Source: Clostridiales bacterium (GTDB taxonomy: Bacteria; Bacillota; Clostridia; Saccharofermentanales; Saccharofermentanaceae). From it: a stretch of DNA of 64,000 nt. The notes below the pieces were generated by a model that was not told the origin of the DNA, searched no databases, and saw only the letters and a list, made by a program, of their open reading frames with translations. The stretch spans positions 1-64,000 of the forward strand of contig JAFWDK010000018.1 of NCBI GenBank assembly GCA_017513085.1, read 5' to 3'. The position numbers and the translations under genes were made by a program. Each line of letters starts with the position of its first letter. Positions within the stretch are counted from its first letter, which is position 1. Of the stretch, positions 1 to 8,156 are shown piece after piece.

Positions 1-1223
1 CACCACTCTGTAGACTCGATGAAGTTCTCAACGACCTGAGCACGTGTCATCTTCTTGGAGTTGATCGCATCTACCCAACCCTTCTTACCGGCAGCATCAG
101 ACTTACGGTCAAAGAATGTCTTGTAAAGGGTTTCAACAAATTCATCTGTAGAAAGCTTTCTGTTCATGAACTCAGGAGCTTCCAACAGGAAGTAACGAGC
201 ACAGTCACCACCGGTGCGACGGCCGCTTGTAACTTCTTCTGTCCAGTACTTCTTTCCGCCGGCATCAGACTTACGAGCTAAGGCACATACATACAATCGT
301 TCAACAAAATCGCTGAAAGACGGCTTTTGTGTTGGTTTAGCTGTAGGCTTCTTAGTCGGAGCTTTAGTTGGAGCTTTTGTGGGCGCCTTGGTAGGCGTCT
401 TTGTCGGAGCTTTAGTCGGAGCCTTGGTCGGAACCTTTGTAGGTGCTTTAGTCGGAGCCTTTGTTGGTGCCTTAGTTGGAGCCTTCGTCGGAGCTTTAGT
501 AGGTGCCTTGGTTGGAGCCTTAGTAGGAGCCTTAGTAGGAGCCTTGGTTGGAGCCTTCGTCGGCTTCTTGGTAGGAGTTTTGGTAGGAGCCTTTGTCGGC
601 TTCTTGGTCAGAGTCGGCGTATTTGTCGGATTCTTGGTCGGAATCGGTGTCGGTGTAGGATCGCCGTCAGTAATGACTGTTACCTGAGCGTTCTGAAAAG
701 CATCTACTTCGTATTGTGTTGTAGCGTATACATAAACATGGAGTCTTCCTGAAGCAGAATAGAAAGCACGGGAACCAACATATTCCAAAGCCTTCGGAAG
801 TCTGACTTCCGTCAACAATGAATTCGCAAGAAAAGCCTGTGAGCCGATTCTCTTTAAGGTCGAAGGAAATGTGATCGAAGTACACTTGGAATTAGCATAG
901 AAAGCCTGACTGCCAATCGAAACCACGCCTTCCGGAATCACTACAGAATTAAAGATATTCAAACCGTAGAAAGCGCCATCAGCAATAGATACGACCTGGT
1001 GACCACCTAAAGTCTGCGGAATAACAAGATCACGCGGATCAGTACCGGCAGCTTCACCATCAAAATACATCAGCGTACAAGTACCGTCAGCATTGGTCTG
1101 ATAACTGAATAGTCCATCAAACTCCCATTCAGCCCGTACGATCGGTCGTACCGCGATCATAGTCATCAAAAGAACAAAGACAGAAAATACGCAACTTAAG
1201 CGTTTGCAACGATTTTCAACCAT
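1..1223 (-). CDS. Secreted/surface protein: signal peptide, BspA-type leucine-rich repeats, PTKA-repeat linker, DUF4214-like domain(s); 3' end runs off the window
   Basis: Absent from the ORF track because it is truncated. Manual translation from ATG 1223 (RBS GAGGAG): MVENRCKRLSCVFSVFVLLMTMIAVRPIVRA-EW..., LRR_5-like VIPEGVVSIGSQAF / FPSTLKRIGSQAF / LPKALEYVGSRAF, then (PTKA)n, then FVERLYVCALARKSDAGGKKYW and FVETLYKTFFDRKSDAAGKKGW (DUF4214-like). Confidence 0.85.
   Translation of the reverse strand, partial: MVENRCKRLSCVFSVFVLLMTMIAVRPIVRAEWEFDGLFSYQTNADGTCTLMYFDGEAAGTDPRDLVIPQTLGGHQVVSIADGAFYGLNIFNSVVIPEGVVSIGSQAFYANSKCTSITFPSTLKRIGSQAFLANSLLTEVRLPKALEYVGSRAFYSASGRLHVYVYATTQYEVDAFQNAQVTVITDGDPTPTPIPTKNPTNTPTLTKKPTKAPTKTPTKKPTKAPTKAPTKAPTKAPTKAPTKAPTKAPTKAPTKAPTKAPTKVPTKAPTKAPTKTPTKAPTKAPTKAPTKKPTAKPTQKPSFSDFVERLYVCALARKSDAGGKKYWTEEVTSGRRTGGDCARYFLLEAPEFMNRKLSTDEFVETLYKTFFDRKSDAAGKKGWVDAINSKKMTRAQVVENFIESTEW
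330..660 (-). repeat. Coding 12-bp tandem repeat (~23 units) encoding PTK[A/T/K/V], preceded in the protein by PT dipeptides
   Basis: + strand units of the form agcyttngtngg, visible from about 336 to 641. Confidence 0.95.
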
Positions 1224-1348
1224 AAACAGTCACTCCTCGTATATTATCCTTAACAGGAATTATACAATAAGTTTACAGCAAATTCATCGTTTTTACCAAA
1301 TATCAATAAAAAACTATGTCAAAAATTTGTTATGGACAACGTATTCAA

Positions 1349-2518
1349 TTAGCCGACATTGACATACTTTCTTACCCAGTCAGGATCTTCATATGTATTC
1401 TCTTGAGACATCAAACATCCATAACATAGATCGTCTGCCATCTCCAGGATCACATCAGATAGTTCAAGATCCTTCTTCCAAATGTCCGGAATGGCCGAAT
1501 ATCCTATCCATGCACCAAGGATATTACCGGTAAGCGCGCCGGTAGAATCACTGTCTCCGCCATGATTCACAGAAGATATCATTGCTTTAGAAAAGTCTTT
1601 CTGATAACGAAGACTACAGTATAGGGCTATACAAAGTGCCTCGTCTCCGCACCACCCGTCTCCGATATAGGAGATGTTTTCTTCGTCCGGTTCTGAGGAA
1701 TCCTGTGCCAGAGAAATCGCACGATCGACCAGATCCATAAACACTCCAAGATGTTTTCTCTCCGGGAACAGACGAGAAACAGCCTCTTTCGCATCAAGAA
1801 AGATATCCCGAAGAGACATGGTATTAGAAGGATCAACGATATGCTTTAACACATGCGTCAGGAATGCCGCCGGCATGAATCCCAATGAATGGGAATGCGT
1901 TAGAGCAGCGATCTCAGCGCCCTGCATATCAACATAGTCATCCTCAAGATCATGATAAAGAAGCGCAACCGGAGCCACACGCATAACACCGCCGCAACCC
2001 TTACTATGATTGATGCGTCGGCTTGTTGATCCTTGCTCTCCACTAGAAAGCGCATCCAGGCAAGTTGCTCCCGGAGCCCTGCAATCCCACAATTCTTTAT
2101 AAGAAGTGATCCAGCAAAGATTCTGGGCATTAGCAAAAGAACTCCGCTGCGTCTTCAGCCAGTCCAGATAAGCAAGATATACATATGAACTTGGTGTTCC
2201 CGTAAAATTCCGTAGCGCAGACCTGGTCTGTCCGACAAGAAGACCATTAGCAGTAAAAAGGCTCATCTGAGTATCATCCGAAATACGTGCCTTACCGTAC
2301 TCCGGATCGATCTTATATTCTGTGATTCCGGAAGGACCGAAATTGCCGAGTATGCTTTCATAAGACATAAACTCTACAGGATAACCCAGAGCATCTCCTA
2401 CAGCACCGCCGATCATACAACCACGGATCTTATCCAAAGAAGCTTCCCTACGCTCAACCTTTTTCAAGATATCTGATGCCAATTTCGATTTATCCACCCA
2501 AATCACCTTCTTCCACAT
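1349..2518 (-). CDS. ADP-ribosylglycohydrolase (ARH/DraG/Tri1 family)
   Basis: GGAVGDALG, SDDTQM, SKGCGGVMR, THSH and GDSDSTGA metal-binding motifs. The true start may be the GTG near 2497. Confidence 0.92.
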   Translation of the reverse strand: MWKKVIWVDKSKLASDILKKVERREASLDKIRGCMIGGAVGDALGYPVEFMSYESILGNFGPSGITEYKIDPEYGKARISDDTQMSLFTANGLLVGQTRSALRNFTGTPSSYVYLAYLDWLKTQRSSFANAQNLCWITSYKELWDCRAPGATCLDALSSGEQGSTSRRINHSKGCGGVMRVAPVALLYHDLEDDYVDMQGAEIAALTHSHSLGFMPAAFLTHVLKHIVDPSNTMSLRDIFLDAKEAVSRLFPERKHLGVFMDLVDRAISLAQDSSEPDEENISYIGDGWCGDEALCIALYCSLRYQKDFSKAMISSVNHGGDSDSTGALTGNILGAWIGYSAIPDIWKKDLELSDVILEMADDLCYGCLMSQENTYEDPDWVRKYVNVG

Positions 2519-2574
2519 TAGGTGATTTTATTATATCAGATAGCAGGCTCTCATGCGATGAAATCATCAATAAA

Positions 2575-2931
2575 TCATGACGTTGCGTTCTCAATGGCGC
2601 TGACTACTGTCTGTTTTGCATCAGCGATCTCACCATTGATTGCACTGGACACACCCGTGCGCACATCATCTATAGCATCTGAAACACCTGTACGCGCATT
2701 ATCTATCGCATCCGAAACACTTGTTTTCGCCCCGTCAACTGCACTGGACACTTTCTGCTTAACATCATCTTTGATCGACTCTTTCTTTGACTCCACAAAG
2801 GATTCCGCACTTTGTGAAATCTCGGAAACCTTCTCATCCGCTTTTTCCTTCAGATTCCAGCAACCGCAGGAAAGTGCCACCATTGTAGCTGTAAGTCCAA
2901 CTAATACGATTTTCTTAATTCTCTTATTCAT
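2575..2931 (-). CDS. Small putative lipoprotein with 11-residue amphipathic repeats
   Basis: Basic N-terminus, hydrophobic stretch and SCGC lipobox-like site; repeats VSSAVDGAKTS / VSDAIDNARTG / VSDAIDDVRTG / VSSAINGEIAD. Confidence 0.7.
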   Translation of the reverse strand: MNKRIKKIVLVGLTATMVALSCGCWNLKEKADEKVSEISQSAESFVESKKESIKDDVKQKVSSAVDGAKTSVSDAIDNARTGVSDAIDDVRTGVSSAINGEIADAKQTVVSAIENATS

Positions 2932-3556
2932 GTACTTTACTTCCTTTCGAAAATGAAAAAATATCTCTCCAAGATCCGGAAACCCGCTCTATCCGAATTA
3001 TCCAGATCAACTTCATCACATTGAAAAGCACTGTCCAAATCAACGGTATAGCGAAAACGGTAGTTACACATCCGGCTATCAGACAGAAAATACAAGCAAA
3101 TGCGATTTGTTTAAAATACTTGTCCTTGGTATAGAAAAGACAAATTGCCGATACCAATGCCAACTGAATAAACGATATCGGCATCCTGATAGATCTCTGG
3201 AAAACCGATTCCTGAAAAACAATGGTAAAGACAAAGAAGAGGATACAAATAACGGCCTCGATCAAACAAATCGTCCGAAGTTGTTTTTTTATCTTGTCCT
3301 TCTTCTCCCGTTCCTGCCGAAGCTTTTTCTCAAGTTCTTTTTGTCGGATCGCCTCTTCACGTTCCTTCTTCCACTTTCTTTCCACATCGCGCTGAGCCTG
3401 GATCCGTCCCATCTCTCGGTCATATCCTTTTCCGTATTCTCCTTCGTGAACCAGCATGACCTGTTTTCCGCACGAGGCGCAAAATGCCACTCTTTCTTCA
3501 GGTTGTACCCTCAGATTGGCTCCACAGCCCGGACAAGTCATATCAACCAGTTTCAT
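2924..3556 (-). CDS. Zinc-ribbon / coiled-coil / 4-TM membrane protein, function unknown
   Basis: Start MKLVDM at 3556 with RBS AAGGAG; CPGCG...CASCG; charged helix; four hydrophobic segments; overlaps the next gene by 8 nt. Confidence 0.75.
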   Translation of the reverse strand: MKLVDMTCPGCGANLRVQPEERVAFCASCGKQVMLVHEGEYGKGYDREMGRIQAQRDVERKWKKEREEAIRQKELEKKLRQEREKKDKIKKQLRTICLIEAVICILFFVFTIVFQESVFQRSIRMPISFIQLALVSAICLFYTKDKYFKQIAFACIFCLIAGCVTTVFAIPLIWTVLFNVMKLIWIIRIERVSGSWRDIFSFSKGSKVHE

Positions 3557-3676
3557 ACGCGACGCTCCTTTCACTTATGGAAAGAAAACTCCTCTTTTTG
3601 CTTGAATTATAACACAGGCATCTTTATGTTATGTTATTATTCTTTCATAAATACAACAGATATTTCGGAGGATTCT

Positions 3677-4300
3677 ATGAGAAAACTCATCTCTTCTTTG
3701 CTTTTATCGGCATTCATTGCAGGAAGCTGTACCGCATGTAAGTCATCACCCAAACTCGATTTGGCAAGTTTTGAAAAATATGCGCTGAGCGATCTTCATA
3801 TCGAGAAAAAAGAAGTTTCCGCACAAGATCACAATGCTTACTATGATTTAGATTACACGATCAACAACGAGGAAGCAGAGGCTCAAAAACGTGATCACAC
3901 AGCTCAGGTCTATTCCACCTCTACAGGCGCAATAGCCAATTCACTTGTCATGATCTACAACGATTATCAGGACGAAAAGGAAGCCAGGCAATTCTTCGAA
4001 GAACTTGTTGTCCAGGAAGAAAGCCTGCTGGCGACGAAAGAGAATAGCGATCAGAACAAGACTGAAACACTGAAAGGAGATAATTATCTTCTGGTTTTGA
4101 CAGCACAGAACGGCGTTAACTGGCGCTATGAATGTATGTACTATCAGAAGGATGTGATCCTCTTCGCATCCGTTCTCATAGGAACAAGCGATATAAGCAA
4201 CATTGACAAGGAATGGCTCGGAAACATCAAGAAACTTTTCTCGGATCTGAACCTCAAAAACCCGTTCACCATGACGCCCGAGATCGACAAACTCGTCTGA
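3677..4300 (+). CDS. Putative lipoprotein
   Basis: ATG 3677 after GGAGG; MRKLISSLLLSAFIAGSCTAC signal peptide with lipobox. The ORF-track extension to 3107 is antisense shadow of the zinc-ribbon gene. Confidence 0.75.
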   Translation: MRKLISSLLLSAFIAGSCTACKSSPKLDLASFEKYALSDLHIEKKEVSAQDHNAYYDLDYTINNEEAEAQKRDHTAQVYSTSTGAIANSLVMIYNDYQDEKEARQFFEELVVQEESLLATKENSDQNKTETLKGDNYLLVLTAQNGVNWRYECMYYQKDVILFASVLIGTSDISNIDKEWLGNIKKLFSDLNLKNPFTMTPEIDKLV

Positions 4301-4302
4301 GC

Positions 4303-5181
4303 TTATCGTTTAGCGGTTCCGAGCTTTTCGTGGAAGCGTAGCTTCACTTCCACACCTTTATTCAAATTTTCAAGGACATCTTCGTCCAGACGGATCACAT
4401 CTTTCTTCAAAAGAACTACGATCGTTGATCCACCGAGGCGGAAATGTCCTTTTTCCTGTCCTTTTTGAAAACTCTGAAGATCATGGTTCACAATACGCCC
4501 GACCATAAGCGCGCCGACCTCAATGACAATACACTCTCCAAAATGATCAGTATCGATGATAGTTACTACCCGGCTGTTTTCCTGATAAACCTTATACTGA
4601 CTGGATATGTCGCAGACTGTGTGCAGTCTGCCTTTAATATGATGCGAACTCTTGATCCGTCCACTGTCAGGAAAACCATATCGATGATAGTCATCCACGG
4701 ACAGACGAAAAACCAGGCAAGAACCGCCCTTGTATTCGGCAACATCTGTTTCCGGTCCTACCAATCCACCAACCGTGTACTCATTTCCTTTAATAAGGAT
4801 CCGGTTATCATCTTCGATCTTATACATTGAAAGCTTGCTATCTGCCGGTGAAACAAAGGCCTCTTTCTCATCGGCCATCGGACGTCGCTCAGCCTTGATC
4901 TCTCTTGTAAAAAAATCATTCAACGACTTATATTTCTTGGGAACATATTCATCCATATCAATATTGTTTTTCTTGATAAAGCCTTTGATCGCAGGTTTGG
5001 AGAAAAAAGTATCCGTATAAAGACCACCGATTTTGGAGATGGGTCTTGAAAGGACCAACGGCATCACGAAACGGCCGAAAGCCGTGCCATACAGTTTTTT
5101 CAAGAAACCTCCGCCATACTGTACATCTTCATAGTAAGTCTTTTCCTGTCGATTATAGACTTGCATAGTGTTCCCATCCAT
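4303..5181 (-). CDS. psd: Phosphatidylserine decarboxylase proenzyme
   Basis: NDFFTR, SPADS, RLSVDDYHR, EVGALMVG and the C-terminal GGST self-cleavage motif. Confidence 0.93.
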   Translation of the reverse strand: MDGNTMQVYNRQEKTYYEDVQYGGGFLKKLYGTAFGRFVMPLVLSRPISKIGGLYTDTFFSKPAIKGFIKKNNIDMDEYVPKKYKSLNDFFTREIKAERRPMADEKEAFVSPADSKLSMYKIEDDNRILIKGNEYTVGGLVGPETDVAEYKGGSCLVFRLSVDDYHRYGFPDSGRIKSSHHIKGRLHTVCDISSQYKVYQENSRVVTIIDTDHFGECIVIEVGALMVGRIVNHDLQSFQKGQEKGHFRLGGSTIVVLLKKDVIRLDEDVLENLNKGVEVKLRFHEKLGTAKR

Positions 5182-5201
5182 TTCGTTAAAGATGATTTAT
5201 A

Positions 5202-6479
5202 TCAGGAAGGCAAAGCTTCCTTTGTTTTCTTTTTGTGGAAAAGAAGCTTCTTCACACCCTCTGTAAGATAATGCTCCGCTACACCAAAAATGACAGTAAC
5301 CGCAAATACTCCAATTGCGTATACCAGAAGATTATATTTTCCTGCCTTAAATGGTGAAGTTTTATTCGTTTGTAGGAATCGCAATGAAAAAATCGCTACT
5401 CGATTCATTAGATATGTATGCAAAGAAAACTTTCCGAAGAATCTCGTCACGGGATTGCTCGCATGATATTTCATTAGAAGCACTATCGCTACAAGTCCAA
5501 TCAGAGCAAATAGCGGGATCTGGCAAAGATACGTATAGAATTTGTTCATCACGCCAGGTCCTTTTCCGCTGAACTCGGTCCAGTATCCGAACTTAGTCTG
5601 TCCATACTCGGAAAGCTTATATGCAACCAATGAAAGGAACAGCAAAATGTGAAGCTTCAAGGCATATAGTTTCTTAAACCACGGAACAAGGGTACCTTCA
5701 AAATCCGCAAAAAGCAAGCCGATCAGGAACGCGATAGCAGAATTGACCCACCACTCGCCACTGAACCATAAAACCTGCTGCTGTTTCCACCAGGTATTGT
5801 CTGGATGATTCCAATCCAGCCACCAGTTCTTCTTACCACTCCACCAGGCGAAGTGTCCATTATAGGAGAACGCAAATCCCATGCCAACAATAACCAAAAG
5901 AATCACTGCATAACATATAGGGCGCTTTTTGATAAAACGGAAGCAGAAAAAGAATGTAAAATACAAAATCGTAAGCACAATCGGAAACCATGCATAACGG
6001 TTCATCATAGTTAAGCCGGATAAATTGAAGATCCAGTGTGCCGCTGGCATCTTGGCTTTAGAAATATACAAATACAAAGCATAAATGAGTACATTCACAT
6101 AAAAAGGAATTATGATAGCCTTCACAATACGTTTTTTCACAAAGCCCTTAAGATAGTTCTCTTTCGTCTTCAGACTCTTGATCAGGCCATAACCGGAGCA
6201 AAAGAAAAACAGTGCGACAAAGTATGCACCGGCATTCACAAAACCGGATAAAACCTTCATCTCCTGAAAAATATCTTCCTGTGAAATATGATGAAGAATA
6301 ACTCCTATCGCTGCAAATCCACGAAGTGATTTCATCGTGTCCAGACTTGCGTAATCATCATGAAAATCTTTAGTACCGAACTTGTTCTTCCCGCCCCAGA
6401 TAGCAAGAACGAACAAAAAATAGAATGCAACCTGCTTCAGCGCAAGCCACACACTCATTCCTTTCATAAATGCAAACAT
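5202..6479 (-). CDS. Acyltransferase-3 (OafA-like) multi-TM O-acyltransferase
   Basis: SLRGFAAIGVILHH, VALFFFCSGYGL, KKRIVK, WFP and GKFSLHTYL; about 10 TM segments. Confidence 0.85.
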   Translation of the reverse strand: MFAFMKGMSVWLALKQVAFYFLFVLAIWGGKNKFGTKDFHDDYASLDTMKSLRGFAAIGVILHHISQEDIFQEMKVLSGFVNAGAYFVALFFFCSGYGLIKSLKTKENYLKGFVKKRIVKAIIIPFYVNVLIYALYLYISKAKMPAAHWIFNLSGLTMMNRYAWFPIVLTILYFTFFFCFRFIKKRPICYAVILLVIVGMGFAFSYNGHFAWWSGKKNWWLDWNHPDNTWWKQQQVLWFSGEWWVNSAIAFLIGLLFADFEGTLVPWFKKLYALKLHILLFLSLVAYKLSEYGQTKFGYWTEFSGKGPGVMNKFYTYLCQIPLFALIGLVAIVLLMKYHASNPVTRFFGKFSLHTYLMNRVAIFSLRFLQTNKTSPFKAGKYNLLVYAIGVFAVTVIFGVAEHYLTEGVKKLLFHKKKTKEALPS

Positions 6480-6665
6480 AATTCTCCCCTAACCCTCATT
6501 TTTCTATACATTTTCCCACACTTCACGCGACTTGAAAACCCGACAAATCATGACAACTATGAATAACTTCGCTATTTATTCATAAATTGTTTAAAAATTG
6601 CATACATTTTTTCCCTAAACTAATAAATAAGAATACGGAGTACCCTCTTTGTAGTTTCTTTATAG

Positions 6666-6700
6666 AAGCGCCCCTTCAAAGATTCTTTGAAAGGGCGCTT
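6666..6700 (-). terminator. Hairpin terminator/stabiliser after gltA
   Basis: AAGCGCCCTTTCAAAG-AAT-CTTTGAAGGGGCGCTT on the minus strand; a U-G pair makes the stem complete only on that strand. The U-tract is weak. Confidence 0.65.
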
Positions 6701-6705
6701 GTTTC

Positions 6706-8091
6706 TTATTTCTCCGTTTCATCCGGATCGATCGTCCGATCCGGCATAGAAGTATATCCTCTTCTCTTTCTGACAGATTTGTACGCAGGACGCATAATAC
6801 GACCACCGGACACGAGTTCCTCTATACGATGGGCGCTCCAGCCGGCAATACGTGCGCACGCAAAAAGAGGCGTAAACAATTCCGGCGGAATACCCAGCAT
6901 GGAATAAATGAATCCGGCATAAAAGTCCACATTCGCACATACGATCTTCTCACTGTTCTTGACACGCTTAAACACTTCCGGAGCCAAACGTTCCGTCAAA
7001 GTATAAAGTTCATAAGCATCTTCTTTACCGCATTCAAAAGCCAGTGAACGGGCGTAGTCACGTAAAAGTCTGGTTCTCGGATCGGACAAAGTATATACCG
7101 CATGACCGATTCCATAAATCAGACCGGAACGGTCAAATGCTTTTTTCGTTAAGATCTTCTCCAGATAAGCACAGACCTCATTCTCATCCCGCCAATTCGA
7201 CACATTTTTCATCAGATCCTGCATCATCGCATATGCTTTGTTGCTGGCACCGCCGTGCTGTGGACCCTTGAGAGAGCCGATTGCGGCGGCAATAACCGAA
7301 TAAGTATCGGATCCGGTCGAAGAAACTGCGTGCGTCACAAACGAAGAATTATTACCACCGCCATGTTCTGCATGGAGAACCAATGCAAGATCAAGCGTTC
7401 TCGCTTCAAGCTCCGTAAACTTACCATCTTCACGGATCATATGAAGAATATTCTGCGCAGTATTGTACTCCGGGACAGGAGCATGAATAAACAGGCTCTT
7501 CTTCTCCACATAATGTCGACGGGCCATGTATGCATAGGATACAATGACCGGAAAACGTGCGATCAGCTGGATGCATTGACGAAGAACGTTATCGATCTTG
7601 ATCGAGTCGGCCTTATCATCATAAGAATAAAGAGCGAGCACAGACCGGGCAAGCTTATTCATAATGTCCGGACTTGGCGCTTTCAGGATCATATCCTCGG
7701 TAAAACCTTCCGGCAATGCCCGACAGGACGCCAACAATTCGGTAAAAGAACTGAGTTGTTTCTCGGTAGGAAGTTCTCCGAACAAAAGAAGATATGCCGT
7801 TTCCTCATAACCGAAACGCTTATTCTCATAGAAACCATGGACAATATCAGATATCTCTATACCCTGATAGAAAAGGCGACCTTCTACCGGGATCCTTTCC
7901 GCATCGTCAACGATATAACTCATGACCTCACCGACTTCTGTAAGACCAACAAGCACGCCCGTGCCATCGCGGTTTCGAAGTCCCCTCTTCACGTTATAAC
8001 GCTCATAAAGAAAAGGATCGATCTTTGATTTTTCCATCGCTTGCGAAGTAAGTTCGGTTATTAAACGTTTTTTCTCGACATCGTCAAACAA
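6706..8091 (-). CDS. gltA: Citrate synthase (Si-type)
   Basis: LHAEHGGGNNS, GPQHGGA, YGIGHAVY, ANVDFY and RIAGWSAH; TTG start after GGAGG. Confidence 0.95.
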   Translation of the reverse strand: MFDDVEKKRLITELTSQAMEKSKIDPFLYERYNVKRGLRNRDGTGVLVGLTEVGEVMSYIVDDAERIPVEGRLFYQGIEISDIVHGFYENKRFGYEETAYLLLFGELPTEKQLSSFTELLASCRALPEGFTEDMILKAPSPDIMNKLARSVLALYSYDDKADSIKIDNVLRQCIQLIARFPVIVSYAYMARRHYVEKKSLFIHAPVPEYNTAQNILHMIREDGKFTELEARTLDLALVLHAEHGGGNNSSFVTHAVSSTGSDTYSVIAAAIGSLKGPQHGGASNKAYAMMQDLMKNVSNWRDENEVCAYLEKILTKKAFDRSGLIYGIGHAVYTLSDPRTRLLRDYARSLAFECGKEDAYELYTLTERLAPEVFKRVKNSEKIVCANVDFYAGFIYSMLGIPPELFTPLFACARIAGWSAHRIEELVSGGRIMRPAYKSVRKRRGYTSMPDRTIDPDETEK

Positions 8092-8125
8092 TTACGAATC
8101 CTCCGATTCTATGGTGTAGGCATAT

Positions 8126-8155
8126 ATTATCTTCTAGCGCGAAAAGATTTGTCAA
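8126..8155 (-). promoter_or_regulatory. Putative sigma-A promoter of gltA
   Basis: TTGACA-18nt-GATAAT on the minus strand. Confidence 0.55.
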
Positions 8156-8156
8156 G

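Noticed and set aside
330-660. Repeat array as a CRISPR
   Set aside because: Contiguous 12-bp units with no spacers, in frame in a protein, and no cas genes in the window.
214-752. + strand ORFs with VGAL and SRSL repeats
   Set aside because: Antisense readings of the PTKA repeat. The minus frame has an RBS, a signal peptide and recognisable domains.
3107-3676. N-terminal 190 aa of the 397-aa + ORF
   Set aside because: Overlaps the Zn-ribbon gene in antisense. The RBS and lipoprotein signal peptide mark the start at 3677.
6587-6710. + strand sRNA ending at the 6666-6700 hairpin
   Set aside because: The stem pairs fully only on the minus strand (U-G versus C-A), and there is no convincing + strand promoter.
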